Under the pieces are notes generated by a model that did no database searches, had not been told where the DNA came from, and saw only the letters and a list, made by a program, of their open reading frames with translations. A stretch of DNA of 64,000 bases, taken from the NCBI RefSeq assembly GCF_963921235.1, contig NC_086108.1:20584001-20648000 (forward strand). Reading direction: 5' to 3'. The stretch is from Mobula hypostoma (lineage: Eukaryota). Shown here in pieces: positions 50,791 through 63,939 of this stretch; the stretch's first letter is position 1, and every line of letters begins with the position of its first letter. The translations under genes and the position numbers were made by a program.

Positions 50791-51420
50791 TGAGGTGACT
50801 CTGGAGTTAAATATAAACAAACTTGCTGACCTGTTAGCTGAAGGGTAAGGGAAAATTTGTGTTCTATGGGAAGATCATGTAGCTATTCAGAAAATTTGTT
50901 CTGACAAACTCTGGCTTTCTTTGGAGAAAGTGGCTGACCAGTGACAGAAATAAAAAACTATGCAAGCTGAGCAAAATTAAGCAATCTTGCATCTATAAGC
51001 TAGTTTTTATAATGTTAGTTGATACATGATTATTTTCAAATCCACATTTGAGGCAGAATTTTCAGTAATCTTGGTGTTTAATAAATCTTTATTAACTGCA
51101 CCCCTCCCTTTCACCAACAAACCAAACCAAATCCTGACCTCCAAATTGCCTCCCTCAATTATCTGGATAGACCATCGTGCAGATTCTTCACAGAAAGAAT
51201 TATAACTCAGCATAAGGTGTATGAGTACAACTTAATAGATTCCACATTGTTTTCTTAACGTTTCTAATAAGCTTGTTAAATCCTTCTTGGGAGAGATCTA
51301 GCATAGTGAGCTACACTAGGAAACAATGAGTCTATTTCATTCCTGGATTATTCAAAGCAGATTGAACATTTTTAAATGGTTTATTTTTTTCAACTTGGCC
51401 ATTACTTTTTGTAACATTCT

Positions 51421-51708
51421 CTTGATTCCACCTCCTTCTACTACCCATTGTGTTTTCCCCTATTCTTTCTTCACCTTTCCTGCCTATCACCTCCCTGCCT
51501 CCCTTCCCCCACCTCTTTATCTTTCTCCTTACTGGTTCTTCACCTGGAACCTACCAGCCTTCTCCTTCTCACCCTCCACCCACCTTCTTTATAGGGCCTC
51601 TGCCCCTTCCCCCTACAGTCCTGACGAAGGGTTCCGGCCCGAAACGTCGACAGATCTTTTCCACGGATGCTGCCCGACCTGCTGAGTTCCTCCAGCGTGT
51701 TGTGAGTG
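51421..51708 (+). mobile_element. PLE terminus-only insertion
   Basis: 12-bp TSD TTGTAACATTCT (51409-20, 51709-20); pyrimidine tract followed by the hammerhead motif. Confidence 0.88.
51616..51653 (+). ncRNA. Minimal type-I hammerhead ribozyme motif (intact core)
   Basis: CAGUC-CUGACGA-A-GGG UUCCGG CCC-GAAA-CG-UC/GACAG. Confidence 0.7.
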
Positions 51709-52729
51709 TTGTAACATTCTACTCCCTACCAGCACCCATGCCACAATAAGAGATACAATTCTAATGAATTGAAGATGTTATTATTCATATACTAGATTGT
51801 AATGTTTTATCTGACTCACTGGTCATTTACTTTTTCTTTCACCTTATCTAACTGCTCCCAACTTATCCAATGTAATTGATGCATTAAAAACACTTCTCCA
51901 AGATTTTTTTAAAATTATAAATACTTTATGATTTTGCCTCACTATCTTCCACAACTTCCTATTTGGTAATGATATGTGTTCGCTGTATTCACGTCATTTT
52001 TATGACCTGCAGAAATCATACGTAAATTAGCCTGATTGGAAAACAAGAGCACTGACATGCCAAACATGGTTTATTATTGTCACATGTACCAGGATACAGG
52101 GGAAAAACTTGTCTTGCATAGTGTTTATACAGTTCAAATTATTTACACTATGTATTAGGGTAGAATAAGGTAAAGTAATAACACTACATAATAATGTGTA
52201 AAACTACAGAAAAAGTGCACTGCAGATAAACGATAAAGTGCCAGATCATAGCAGATCATAGTCTGGCTCATGAGCAAAGAGTTCATCCTATCATACAAAA
52301 AGTCAGCCAAATATCTGCCCAAAAGAAGTTATAGTCTGTCCATATCCTCAAAAACTGTAAGAATTATGCTTGTGGCTCACCTAGCTCATGAGCAAACACC
52401 AATATTTCGAACTATCAAAGTAACACCAGACCATGAAGTAATAGCCCATGATATAATGTTTTTTTGCAAAGCATAGAACAGAACAATCAACATAATGTTT
52501 ATATTTGCTATTTGCTTCAGAAGACTGAAGATGCTTTGTCTCTTAACAAACTGCCCAGAGTTGGGAAAATAACCAGAAACAATGTGAGGTATATGACAAG
52601 AGATAATTCACTAACAATGTGTCTTCTCCCAATTGTTCCTTCAAAGCAATTAAAAAACATTCCATTTCCTACCTCTTTTCTGAAAATGTAATGTTTTATC
52701 CCTAAATAATAGATGAAAAGATTACTGAC

Positions 52730-52871
52730 TTGTATCCGAGGCTGTGGGACTTCCTATGTCCATGTGTGAACAGATGCCTGGAAGAAGGTGGAGTCGGTGG
52801 TATATTCATTAGGGCTGCCTCTGCTGCCACACTTCGCCGGCTGCTCTGTGGGGATGGTGCGACATCAGGTC
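52730..52871 (-). CDS. RALGPS2: RALGPS2 internal coding exon (142 nt, phase 1/2)
   Basis: Minus-strand acceptor TTTAAATCTCAG, donor GTCAGT. Encodes (G)PDVAPSPQSSRRSVAAEAALMNIPPTPPSSRHLFTHGHRKSHSLGY(N), matching the recalled RALGPS2 PxxP/HRKxHSLG linker. In frame with the next exon. Confidence 0.93.
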
Positions 52872-54719
52872 CTGAGATTTAAAACAAGGTTAACTCACAA
52901 AACTGCATTGTGTGGGTTAAAACTTTTCTTTAACAGGTGTAGCATTAATGTGTTAAAGAACATTTGCAGGCCTCAGAACACAAATCTTGATAATGTTGCA
53001 TCACTGGAAGGATGTTATAACAAGCAGAATGGCGAAGAATCACAAGAATGAGCAGCCATTGGCACCAAGGCTTTGAAAATAAACACATTTCATTAGAATG
53101 GAGGTTGTGGGAAGGTAATCTAAAGATCTTGAGCTGGTAAGATTTCTGCAGGTTAGTGAATGATTAACAAAGAAAATGGTAGTAAGTAATGAGGAATGAA
53201 GGAAGAATATTAAAGAACGTAAAGAAGAGTACTTCACATGTAAATTATGTACAGAAGAGATTATGGAGATCATTATAAAGTTATTGAAAATGAAAGTAAC
53301 TAAGTATTTACAAGTGCATTTACAATAAACATTTTGAAAATAAGAGAAGTGGGGAACTGCATGAATTAGGATTAAAACAGAATGAGCCATTTAAGGAATT
53401 AGCAATTATCTAAGTCTAAGACTGGCTGATTCAGGAGTTGAAAACGTTATATTTGCTGCAGGAGTGCATGCCACTCTCAATTTGAAACTATGGCATGATC
53501 AAAAGTATGGAAGCTGAGTGGAGAGGCTTTCTCTTCATCTGAGACCATGTGATAAAAAGTAACATCACATTCAGTTGGTAAATTTTAAGAGCATAAGATA
53601 CAAAATATACTTCCAACAGCATAAAGTAGTTTGGAATTTTTGGTGAGCTGATACAAATACAGATGAGTTTTTGGATGCTTGTTATCAGAGCTGGAGAACC
53701 AACAGATACATTTTTTTTCAGTTGCTACATCTTTTTTATATCAATAAGAAACATTATTCTCAGAAGCTTTGTTTAAGTGATAACAAGAGGACCAGTTTGC
53801 CTTGTGCTGGGGCAGTGACTGTCACAAATACTCTATTCCCAGTGGCTCCTGAAACAACTGAAAATTAATTTAATGAGATATATTTTACATTCGATTTCCC
53901 AGGCGCCATTTTCAAATAGGATACTTTATTATCAAAAAATATTAGCACATTAATAAATCATGACTATGAACGATCCAGCCAATATAAAATACTTAGGTCT
54001 AATGAACATCTAAGACAATTTACTATTGGAATAATGGTATAGCTTATGGTCCTTGCACTCTTTTGAAAGGACTGAATGGTCGGAGGATGGTGTATATGCA
54101 TGGCTGATACAAACTAAATTTGGCAGAAATTAAATTATGAAAATTTAAACATATGATCTTTTGATTAGATTCACATGGGATGTGCAAACTTAGGTGAACA
54201 AAAGAAATCAATAATGTTTGACCTGTCAATACATTGGACTGGGATTCTGTGCTTTCAGCAGTTATAATTAAAACACCACCAACATATATCCCTGGTCATA
54301 TTCAGGTAAATATTAGTATCCAGGTTTCCTTGTTAATTTGGCAATGAATAGGGTTTATGTTGAATAGTTGCTCTGATTAAAAGAAGTAATAAAAATCATT
54401 ACTGCAGGTTCATGAGAAAAAAGGATTTTCAATGATTCACTAAAGTGGCAGTGCACTGGTTTCTTTTATTTTTTTAGGATCTCACGCTCTGAATTTTTAG
54501 TAATTGAATAACTGAAAATTCAACTCTTATGGAAATAAATACCACTCAGCGTTTCCCATAACATTTTGACTTACATACCTGAAATTATGATTCATTTGTA
54601 AAATGGTAAACTATGAACAAAAGATTTAAAAAATATTTATATTGAAACAGTTCAAATGACATCCACTCTTATGTCTCCTCCAGCAGTTTGAATGCTGACA
54701 ACATAGTCGAAGTTTCATA

Positions 54720-55007
54720 GTTTCAGTCGAAGCAAGCAGCTGAAGAAGCGAGTGGAAGAAATGGGGTAGAAAAAGTCATTTTTTTTAACACTGCTCAGGG
54801 AGAAGGGTCTGCACTGCGCAGGCGCGTGACATAGCGCGCCAAGGTTTAAAAAGAGAAAATTTCAATGGTTCTTGTTTCAGTCGAAGCAAGCAGCTGAAGA
54901 AGCGAGTGAAGAAATTGGGTAGAAAAAGTCGTTTTTTTTTAAACACTGCTCGGGGAGAAGGGTCTGCACTGCACAGGCGCGTGACGTAACGCGCCAAGGT
55001 TTAAAAG
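54720..55007 (+). repeat. Two tandem 5' units (period 154 bp)
   Basis: 54720-54851 and 54874-55007 are near-identical. Confidence 0.9.
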
Positions 55008-58000
55008 CAGACCACCATATACAGCGGCCTTCGTTGTAGCGGCCATTGTCGGAGTGGACTGAGTCAGAGTGGGACGGCTTTGGCTCAACAGGCTTCAGCG
55101 AGAACAGGCAGAGGCTAAGGTAGGTTCCGGTAAGTTTTTTGTTCAGATTGTCTAGCGTAGAGAGAATGCCAGGCAGGATGTTGGAATGCTCCTCTTGCAG
55201 GATGTGGGAAGTCAGGGAGCCCTCCGGTGTCCCTGACAACGACACCTGCAAGAAGTGCATCCAGCTGCAGCTCCTAACAAACCGTGTTAGGGAACTGGAG
55301 CAGGAGCTGGATGACCTGCAGATCATTCGGGAGAATGAGGAGATTATAGATAGTAGCTACAGGGAGGTGGTTACACCAAAGGAGCCGAGCACAGGAAATT
55401 GGGTCATTGTCAGGCGAGGGAAGAGGAAAGGGCAGGCAGAGCAGGGTTCCCCTGTGGCTATTCCCCTAACAACAAGTATACCGCATTGGACACTGTTGTG
55501 GGGAATGACTTACCTGGGACAAGCTGCAGTAGCCGGATCTCTGGCACTGAGTCTGGCTCTGCAGTGCAGAAGGGAGGGGGGAAAAGAGGAGAGCGGTAGT
55601 GATAGGGGACTCGATAGTTAGAGGTGCAGATAGGAGGTTCTGTGGTCGTGACAGAGAATCCAGGATGGTTTGTTTCCTCCCGGGTGCCAGGGTCAAGGAT
55701 GTCTCTGATCGATTGCATGACATTCTGAAGTGGGAGGGTGATCAGCCAGATGTCGTGGTGCACAGCGGTGCCAATGACATAGCAAGGAAGAGTGAGGAGG
55801 TCCTGGAGAGTGAGTATAGAGAGTTTGGTAGGAAGTTGAAAAGCAGGACCTCGAGGGTGGTAATCTCAGGATTGCTACCTGTGCTACGTGTCAGTGAGGG
55901 TAGGAATAGGATGCTCTGGAGGATGAACAAGTGGCTGAGGAACCGGTGTAGGGGGCAGGGTTTCAGATTTCAAGATAATTGGGACCTCTTCAGGGGCAGG
56001 TGGGACCTGTACAAGAGAGACGGGTTACACTTGAACTACAGGGGGACCAATATCCTTTCAAGGAGGTTTGTTAGTGCTATTGGGGAGGCTTTAAACTAGA
56101 TTTGCAGGGGTATGGGAACCAGAGAGCCAGAGCTGACAGTGTGGCTGGGGTGAAAATAAATGTTGTTAGAAGTTCAAGCAAATCCACTAATAGAAAGGTT
56201 GTGAGTGGTGGTAAAAATCTTCTGAGATGTATATATTTCAATGCTAGGAGTATTGCAGGGAAGGAGGATGAGTTGAGAGCGTGGATTGACACGTGGAATT
56301 ATGACGTTATAGCAATTAGTGAAACTTAGCTACAGGAGGGGCAGGACTGGCAGCTTAATATTCCAGGGTTCCAATGTTTCAGATGTGATCGAGGCAGAGG
56401 AATGAAAGGTGGGGGAGTAGCATTGCTTGTTAGGGAAAATATTACAGCAGTGCTCAGGCAGGACAGATTAGAGGGCTTGTCTACTGAGTCCTTATGGGTG
56501 GAGCTGAGAAACAGGAAAGATATGGCCACATTAGTGGGATTGTATTACAGACCACCCAATAGTCAATGAGAATTGGAAGAGCAAATCTGCAGGGAGATAG
56601 CAGGCAACTGCAGGAAACATGAAGTTGTGGTGGTAGGGGATTTTAATTTTCCATATATTGATTGGGACTCCCATACTGTTAGGGGTCTAGATGGTTTAGA
56701 GTTTGTAAAATGTGTTCAGGAAAGTTTTCTAAATCAATATATAGAGGGACCAACTAGAGGGGATACAATATTGGATCTCCTGTTAGGAAATGAGTTAGGA
56801 CAAGTGACGGAAGTCTGTGTAGGGGAGCACTTTGGTTCCAGTGATCATAACACCATTAGTTTCAATTTGATCATGGACAAGGATAGATCTGGTCCTAGGG
56901 TTGAGGTTCTTAACTGGAAGAAGGCCAAATTTGAAGAAATGAGAAAGGATCTAAAAAGCGTGGATTGGGACAGGTTGTCCTCTGGCAAGGATGTGATCAG
57001 TAGGAGGGAAGCCTTTAAAGGAGAAATTTTGAGAGTGCAGAGCTTGTATGTTCCTGTCAGGATTAAAGGCAAAGTGAATAGGAATAAGGAACCTTGGTTC
57101 TCAAGGGATATTGCAACTCTGATAAAGAAGAAGAGGGAGTTGTATGACATATATAGGAATCAGGGAGTAAATCAGGTGCTTGAGGAGTATAAGAAGTGCA
57201 AGAAAATACTTAAGAAAGAAATCAGGAGTGCTAAAAGAAGACATGAGGTTACCTTGGCAGTCAAAGTGAAGGATAATCCAAAGAGCTTTTACAGGTATAT
57301 TAAGAGCAAAAGGATTGTAAGGGATAAAATTGGTCCTCTTGAAGATCAGCGTGGTCGGCTATGTGCGGAACCAAAGGAAATGGGGGAGATCTTAAATAGG
57401 TTTTTTCCGTCTGTATTTACTAAGGAAACTGGCATGAAGTCTATGGAATTAGGGGAAACAAGTAGTGAGACCATGGAAACTGTACAGATCGAAAAGGAGG
57501 AGGTCCTTGCTGTCTTGAGGAAAATTAAAGTGGATAAATCCCTGGGACCTGACAGGGTGTTCCCTCGGACCTTGAAGGAGACTAGTGTTGAAATTGCGGG
57601 GGCCCTGGCAGAAATATTTAAAATGTCGCTGTCTACAGGTGAGGTGCCGGAGGATTGGAGAGTGGCTCATGTTGTTCCGTTGTTTAAAAAAGGATCGAAA
57701 AGTAATCCGGGAAATTATAGGCCAGTAAGTTTAACGTCGGTAGTAGGTAAGTTATTGGAGGGAGTACTAAGAGGCAGAACCTACAAGCATTTGGATAGAC
57801 AGGGACTTATTAGGGAGAGTCAACATGGCTTTGTGCGTGGTAGGTCATGTTTGACAAATCTATTGGAGTTTTTTGAGGAGGTTACCAGGAAAGAGGATGA
57901 AGGGAAGGCAGTGGATATTGTCTACATGGACTTCAGTAAGGCCTATGACAAGGTCCCGCATGGGAGGTTAGTTAGGAAAATTCAGTCGCTAGCTATACAT

Positions 58001-59103
58001 GGAGAGGTGGTAAATTGGATCAGACATTGGCTCAATGGAAGAAGCCAAAGAGTGGTAGTAGAGAATTGCTTCTCCGAGTGGAGGCCTGTGACTAGTGGTG
58101 TGCCACAGGGATCAGTGCTGGGTCCATTGTTATTTGTCATCTATATCAATGATCTGGATGATAATGTGGTAAATTGGATCAGCAAATTTGCTGATGATAC
58201 AAAGATTGGAGGTGTAGTAGACAGCGAGGAAGGTTTTCAGAGCCTGCAGAGGGACTTGGACCAGCTGGAAAAATAGGCTGAAAAACAGCAGATGGAGTTT
58301 AATGCAGACAAGTGTGAGGTATTGCACGTTGGAGGGACAAACCAAGGTAGAACATACAGGGTTAATGGTAAGGCACTGAGGAGTGCAGTGGAACAGAGGG
58401 ATCTGGGAATACAGATACAAAATTCCCTAAAAGTGTCGTCACAGGTAGATAGGGTCATAAAGAGAGCTTTTGGTACATTGGCCTTTATTAATCAAAGTAT
58501 TGAGTATAAGAGCAGGAATGTTATGATGAGGTTGTATAAGGCATCGGTGAGGCCGAATCTGGAGTATTGTGGTCAGTTTTGGTCACCAAATTACAGGAAG
58601 GATATAAATAAGGTTGAAAGAGTGCAAAGAAGGTTTACAAGGTTGTTGCCGGGACTTGAGAAACTCAGTTACAGAGGAAGGTTGAATAGGTTAGGACTTT
58701 ATTCCCTGGAGCGTAGAAGAATGAGGGGAGATTTGATAAAATTATGATGGTTATAGATAGAGTGAATGCAAGCAGGCTTTTTCCACTGAGGCACGGGGAG
58801 AAAAAAACCAGAGGACATGGGTTAAGGGTGAGGGGGGAAAAGTTTAAAGGGAACATTAGTGGGGGCTTCTTCACACAGAGAGTGGTGGGAGTATGGAATG
58901 AGCTGCCAGACGAGGTGGTAAATGTGGGTTCTTTTTTAACATTTCAGAATAAATTGGACAGATACATGGATGGGAGGTGTATGGAGGGATATGGTCCGTG
59001 TGCAGGTCAGTGGGACTAGGCAGAAAATGGTTCGGCACATCCAAGAAGGGCCAAAAGGCCTGTTTCTGTGCTGTAGTTTCTGTGGTTTCTATGGTTTCTA
59101 TGG
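54720..59103 (+). mobile_element. Near full-length CR1 LINE (5' tandem repeat, ORF1, ORF2, tail), disabled
   Basis: ORF1 CxxC..CxxC, leucine zipper and SGNH esterase (GDS, GAND, DGLH) with a frameshift; ORF2 endonuclease+RT with stops; (tttctatgg)n tail. Confidence 0.95.
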
Positions 59104-60184
59104 AGTGATCATCGTTCTAGTCAACATGATCTTTAATTATGCCAACTACTGGCTTCATTTATAATTAAATATTTAAATTAATTTGAACATTATGTATAGA
59201 ATTTTTTAATTGTTTGTTGTAATTATACAAACAACCCATTGTGCCTCTCTTCCTATGCCCTTTTATGAAAAATACAGTAATAGATATGAAATAGACACAA
59301 CTAATTTAAATGAAGGAAAAGACCAAGTTATGCATTATAAAGATCTTCATGTCTGGAACAGCATGAATGATACTCTATCCCCACTACCACAAGATTAGTA
59401 AAATGACTTTTGAAAATCAGAATTCAGAAAATCAGAATATCCTGCATCTATATTCTCAAAAAACTACAACTACATTCTCAAAAACAAATCATCCAACATA
59501 TTAAAACATAATATCCCTTGCATGAAATAATAATTAATCCTTACAATCTTTCTTCCATTATCATTTTCTGATAGATTCCAACAATTCCTGCCAATTGGCA
59601 TGTCTATTCCTATTTTCTATTTTCTTACATTCTTGAATAGCAGTATCACACCAACGTCTTCCAAACTGCAGGGAACTTTTCTCGAAATTAAGCAATTTTG
59701 AAAGAACTGCTACCAGTAACAACTTTTGGAACTAAATAATGCAGGGCAGAGCTTTTATTTCAATTATTTTTTTTTCAATACTTTAGTTATACAATAAAGC
59801 TCTAACAATCTGTTATTGAATTGTTCAGAAATCCTGATGGCTCAGCTCTAGTACATTGAGTGCTGATTCCCTCTCTCCTTTTAATACACCAGGGCTTTGA
59901 TTCCTATAGCCACCATTTCTGGTGCATTCTTTAAGACACGAGGGCACCAGTCTTAGTGCTCCCTTAAAACTTACTGAGACCTTGTTTCCCATCTTGTCTT
60001 TAAATTCACTGATACCTATTATAATGATTTGACAGAATCCAATATGGCTCTGCATAAGCTGCTGAAAGATGGAAACAACAGACTTGAGACTGAGATAAAT
60101 ACTGGCAACATTACACTCAAGTGAGTTGACGCTGCATTTAAACCAGAATGTGACAGGAATTCTTGTCTAGTGCATCCTGCCGTT

Positions 60185-60330
60185 CACATAAGAAATAGGA
60201 GCAGGAGTGGGCCATCTGGCCCATTGAGCCTGCTCTGCTATTCAATAAGATGATGGCTGATCTGACCATGGACTCATCTCTACCTACCTGGCTTTTCCCC
60301 ATAACCCTTAATTCCCTACTATGCAAAATA
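60185..60330 (-). mobile_element. CR1 3' end fragment
   Basis: cataagaaataggagcaggagt...ggccatctggccc. Confidence 0.7.
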
Positions 60331-61289
60331 TACATATTTTTTATTAATGAAGACTTATCACAGAGATGGTGTTTGGAAAAATATATGGAGCAATGGAGGC
60401 CAAGGGTAAATCACCCATGATTATATTGAAATGCAGATTAATCAGTCTACTCCAGCTCCTGATTATGTCTTTTATTTTTCAGTTCTTAGGTTAACTTAGA
60501 ACTTTGCTTTTCCATTATTTCTAATATATTCGTGCCTCCTCTTGTGAAGACAGGTACAGACATTGTCAATTTCAATACTTTTCCCAGTGTTTAGACAACA
60601 AAAAAAATTACTTTTGCTCTTTGTTATTTTACATGCCTTTTGATGCATTTCTATTTCTGTGTCTGCATTTTACTCTATTCAGCTAACTATATACTGTGCA
60701 CTTTAAAAAATATATTGCTAAATGTCAAGGAAGACTATAGACCTGACAGAGATTCCATTTTAGTTCATGTAAGTGTCATTGGCTGAAAACATGCTTCTGA
60801 GCTGTCTCCCAAGCCTCAAACTCAAGAAAATAAAGAAGTTACTGCAGCCTCTGTTGTTCATCATAATCTTGTGTATCTTCCAAATAGCTTCTGAGCAATA
60901 ATACTCGTAACAATAAGTCTGATGTCATGTACTGTCAGAATTTTGCATTATGGATTAATGTCTTGTAGTCTTGTAGCTTTTGAAATGAGCAGCTTTGAAA
61001 ATGCACATGCAGATATTGAAAATACTCAGTTCAAAACAAATTTTCTTATTGTTATATATTTCACTCAATTTTCTCTTTGGACAAACAGGCAACTATCAGA
61101 GTGCCTCCTTCACAACTACCAACAAGGATTAAAGGATAAATAAAATATACAGAGAAGAATTTTCTGGTGCACTCTTTAAGACACTAGGGCACCAGTCTTT
61201 CATATCAAATCAAGCATAAAAAGGAATAAGAGGGAAAGAAAGAATTATGAAATTACTAGATAGCAACAAAGACAGTATAATGATAAACA

Positions 61290-62190
61290 TGATAAAGTCT
61301 GCAGATGCTGAATATCTAAAGCAACACACACAAAATGTCGGAGGAACTCAGCAAGTCAGGAACTATTTATGGGAATGAATAAACAGTCAATGTTTCAGGC
61401 CGAGACCCTTCTTCAGGACTGGAGAGGAAGGCGAAGATGCCATCTTGAAAATGTCGGGGGAGGAGAAGGAGATAGCTAGTAGATGATAAGTGAAGCCAGG
61501 TGGGTGGGAAAGGTAAAGGGCTGGAGAGGAAGGAATCTAATAGGAGAGGAGAGTGGACCATAGGAGAAAGGGAAGGAAGAGGGAACCCAGACGGAGGTGA
61601 TAGGTAGATGAGAAGAGGTAAGAGTCCAGAGTGGGAATAGAAGGGAGGAAGGGGAGAGAATTCTTTTTTACTGTAAGGAGAAATCGATATTCATATAATC
61701 AGATTGGAAGCTACCCAGACAGAATATAAGATGTTGTTCATCCACTCTGAAGGTAGCCTCATCATGGCACAACAGAAGGCCATGACCCAACATGTCAAAC
61801 GGGAATGGGAATAGTAATTGTAATGAAAGTGTTTGGCCATCAAATAAGTTCCTCTTTTGGCAGATGGAGCGGAGGTGTTTGACAAAGCAGCCACCCAGTT
61901 TTAAAATAGGTGTCACCAATGTACAGGAGGCAATTGACAACCCTAGCAGATTCCCAGGTGAAGTGTTGCCTCACCTGAAAGGAATATTCGGGCTCTGAAG
62001 GGAGGGGAGGAAGGAGGAGAATGGACAGGTGTAGCATTTAGCCGCTTGCAGGGAGATTAGTGGGGAGGGACGAATGGTCAAGGGAATTGCGGAGGGAATG
62101 ATCCCCGTGGAAAGTGGAGAAAAATGGGAAGTAAAGGTATGTTTGGTGGTAGGATTGCTTTGGAAATGGCAGAATTTGCACAGCATAATA
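61290..62190 (-). mobile_element. Degraded PLE with hammerhead-like motif at 61384-61421
   Basis: LLYIGDT, EQHLIFCLGS; CAGUC-CUGAAGA-AGGGUCUCGGCCU-GAAA-CA-UU/GACUG. Confidence 0.85.
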
Positions 62191-62379
62191 ATAATTATGC
62201 CACATCTAAAGTCTGGCATGTTAAAAATCACCCTAAATAATATAAATTTGAAATGATAAAACTTTAAAATTGCGCTATTGATTTTTCAGGGCCAATGGGG
62301 TTGACTGGCAGTTGTTAATATTCATCCTGTTGCTAAAAGTGACTTTACCCTTCCAATAATTAGGCCTAAATTAGTCATC

Positions 62380-62800
62380 GAGTCATAGAGCACAGAAATA
62401 AGCCACTAGTTCCAACTTATCCCTTCCGACCGAGATTCCCACCCAAACTATTTCCATCTGCCCACCTTTAGCCCATATAACTCTTAACCTTTCCTATCCA
62501 TGTACCTGCATGTTGTTAATGTACCTGCCTCAAACATTTCCTCTGGCAGCTCATTCCATGTGCTGACCATTCTCTGGGTGAAAAAGTTGCCAAAGCTCCT
62601 TTTGCATCTCTTTTCCCTCACCTTAACCTATACCATCTAGTTCTTGATTCCCCAACCATGGGAAAAATTATGCATTCACCTTACCAATGCTCCTCATGAT
62701 TTTAAACACCTTTATAAGATCACCCCTCATTCTCCTAACCTCCAACTTGTTTAACCACTCCATAACTCAGTCCCTCAAGTCCCAGCAATATCCTCATAAA
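62380..62800 (-). mobile_element. Degraded CR1 3' fragment
   Basis: Similar to 2043-2510. Confidence 0.75.
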
Positions 62801-63524
62801 TATTTTTGGTCAATGCTAAGAATAATCACCAAGGCTGAGAGGTAAATATTCCAGGATACTTAACTTTTAAAAGAACTAGGCAAGATCCAAAATAAGCCCC
62901 GTTGTAAAAATATAATGGGATAAAGGCAGTAGAGAGTAAGATAAAGGCAGTAGATAGCACAGAAACTAAAGATGCAAGATGAATTAGGTGAAGTACAGAA
63001 ACAACAAGGGGCAAAAAATATTAATGGAAACTGACTGCAGATTTACAAACAACAGAGGTAATATGGTATATATCAGGAAATTCAAAGCACGTCATAACAG
63101 TAGTACAATAATCATGCACAACTTGAATTGGTTTGCAGGGCAACCCAAACTATCAGTAATTAAATGGAAGATTAATTTGCAGAATGTAGGAGAAGGTTTC
63201 CTTTGAGAGAACAGGCCACTTCCTTAGTATTATTAAATGAGCAGGATTTCATTAATAATCTGGTACTTAAGGGATTTTTTGTGGAAGAATGATCATTATA
63301 AAACAATATTTTATCTTAAAATGAAAGGTTTAATTCACTCTGAAACAGGGCCTTAAAACTAAATAAAGCAAATGTCAAAGGCCATGATGCACAAAATAGC
63401 TAACTGAGAAACTACATTAAATAGTAGAACAGTAAACAAGCAACTGCCAACATTTGTCAAAAAAGAATTTCTACATTATTTATTGCAAACATGTAGCCCA
63501 ATATGGCACAAAAAAAGGGAAGGT

Positions 63525-63930
63525 GGGAATTAGAATTGGTTTATCATTGTCACATGTACCGAGATATTGTAAAAAATTTGTCTTGCATATTGTTTATATC
63601 GATCAAATCATCATGCAGTGCATTGAGGTAGAATAAGTGTAAGCAGTGCAGAATGAAGTGTAATAGCTACACAAAAAATGCAATACAGATAAACAATAGC
63701 TGGAAGATCATAACGAGGTTGATTGCGAGGTTAGACATCCATCTTCCTGCACAATGTAACCATACAATATTCTTCAAACAGCAAGGTAGAAACTGTCTTT
63801 GAGCCTGGTGGTACATACTTTTAGGCGTTTGTATCTTCTATCTGATGGGAGAGGACAGAAGAGAGAATGTCTGGGTGGGTCTTTTATTATGCTGTCTACT
63901 TTACTGAGACAACAAGAAGTACAGACTTCT
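63525..63930 (-). mobile_element. Rex1-like 3' region (related piece at 52065-52260)
   Basis: ggtttat.attgtcacatgtacc shared by both copies. Confidence 0.55.
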
Positions 63931-63939
63931 TACTCTGAC

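Noticed and set aside
53780..53850. Possible extra minus-strand exon after TTTTCAG/TTTCAG acceptors
   Set aside because: Translation shows no resemblance to RALGPS2 as I recall it, and no convincing donor follows.
54570..54600. Strong-looking minus-strand donor CAG|GTATGT
   Set aside because: No matching upstream coding frame for the expected LSLKIEPG... exon, which I could not find and is probably outside the window.
56573..58276. 567-aa ORF as a host gene or active RT
   Set aside because: CR1 ORF2 fragment bounded by premature stops.
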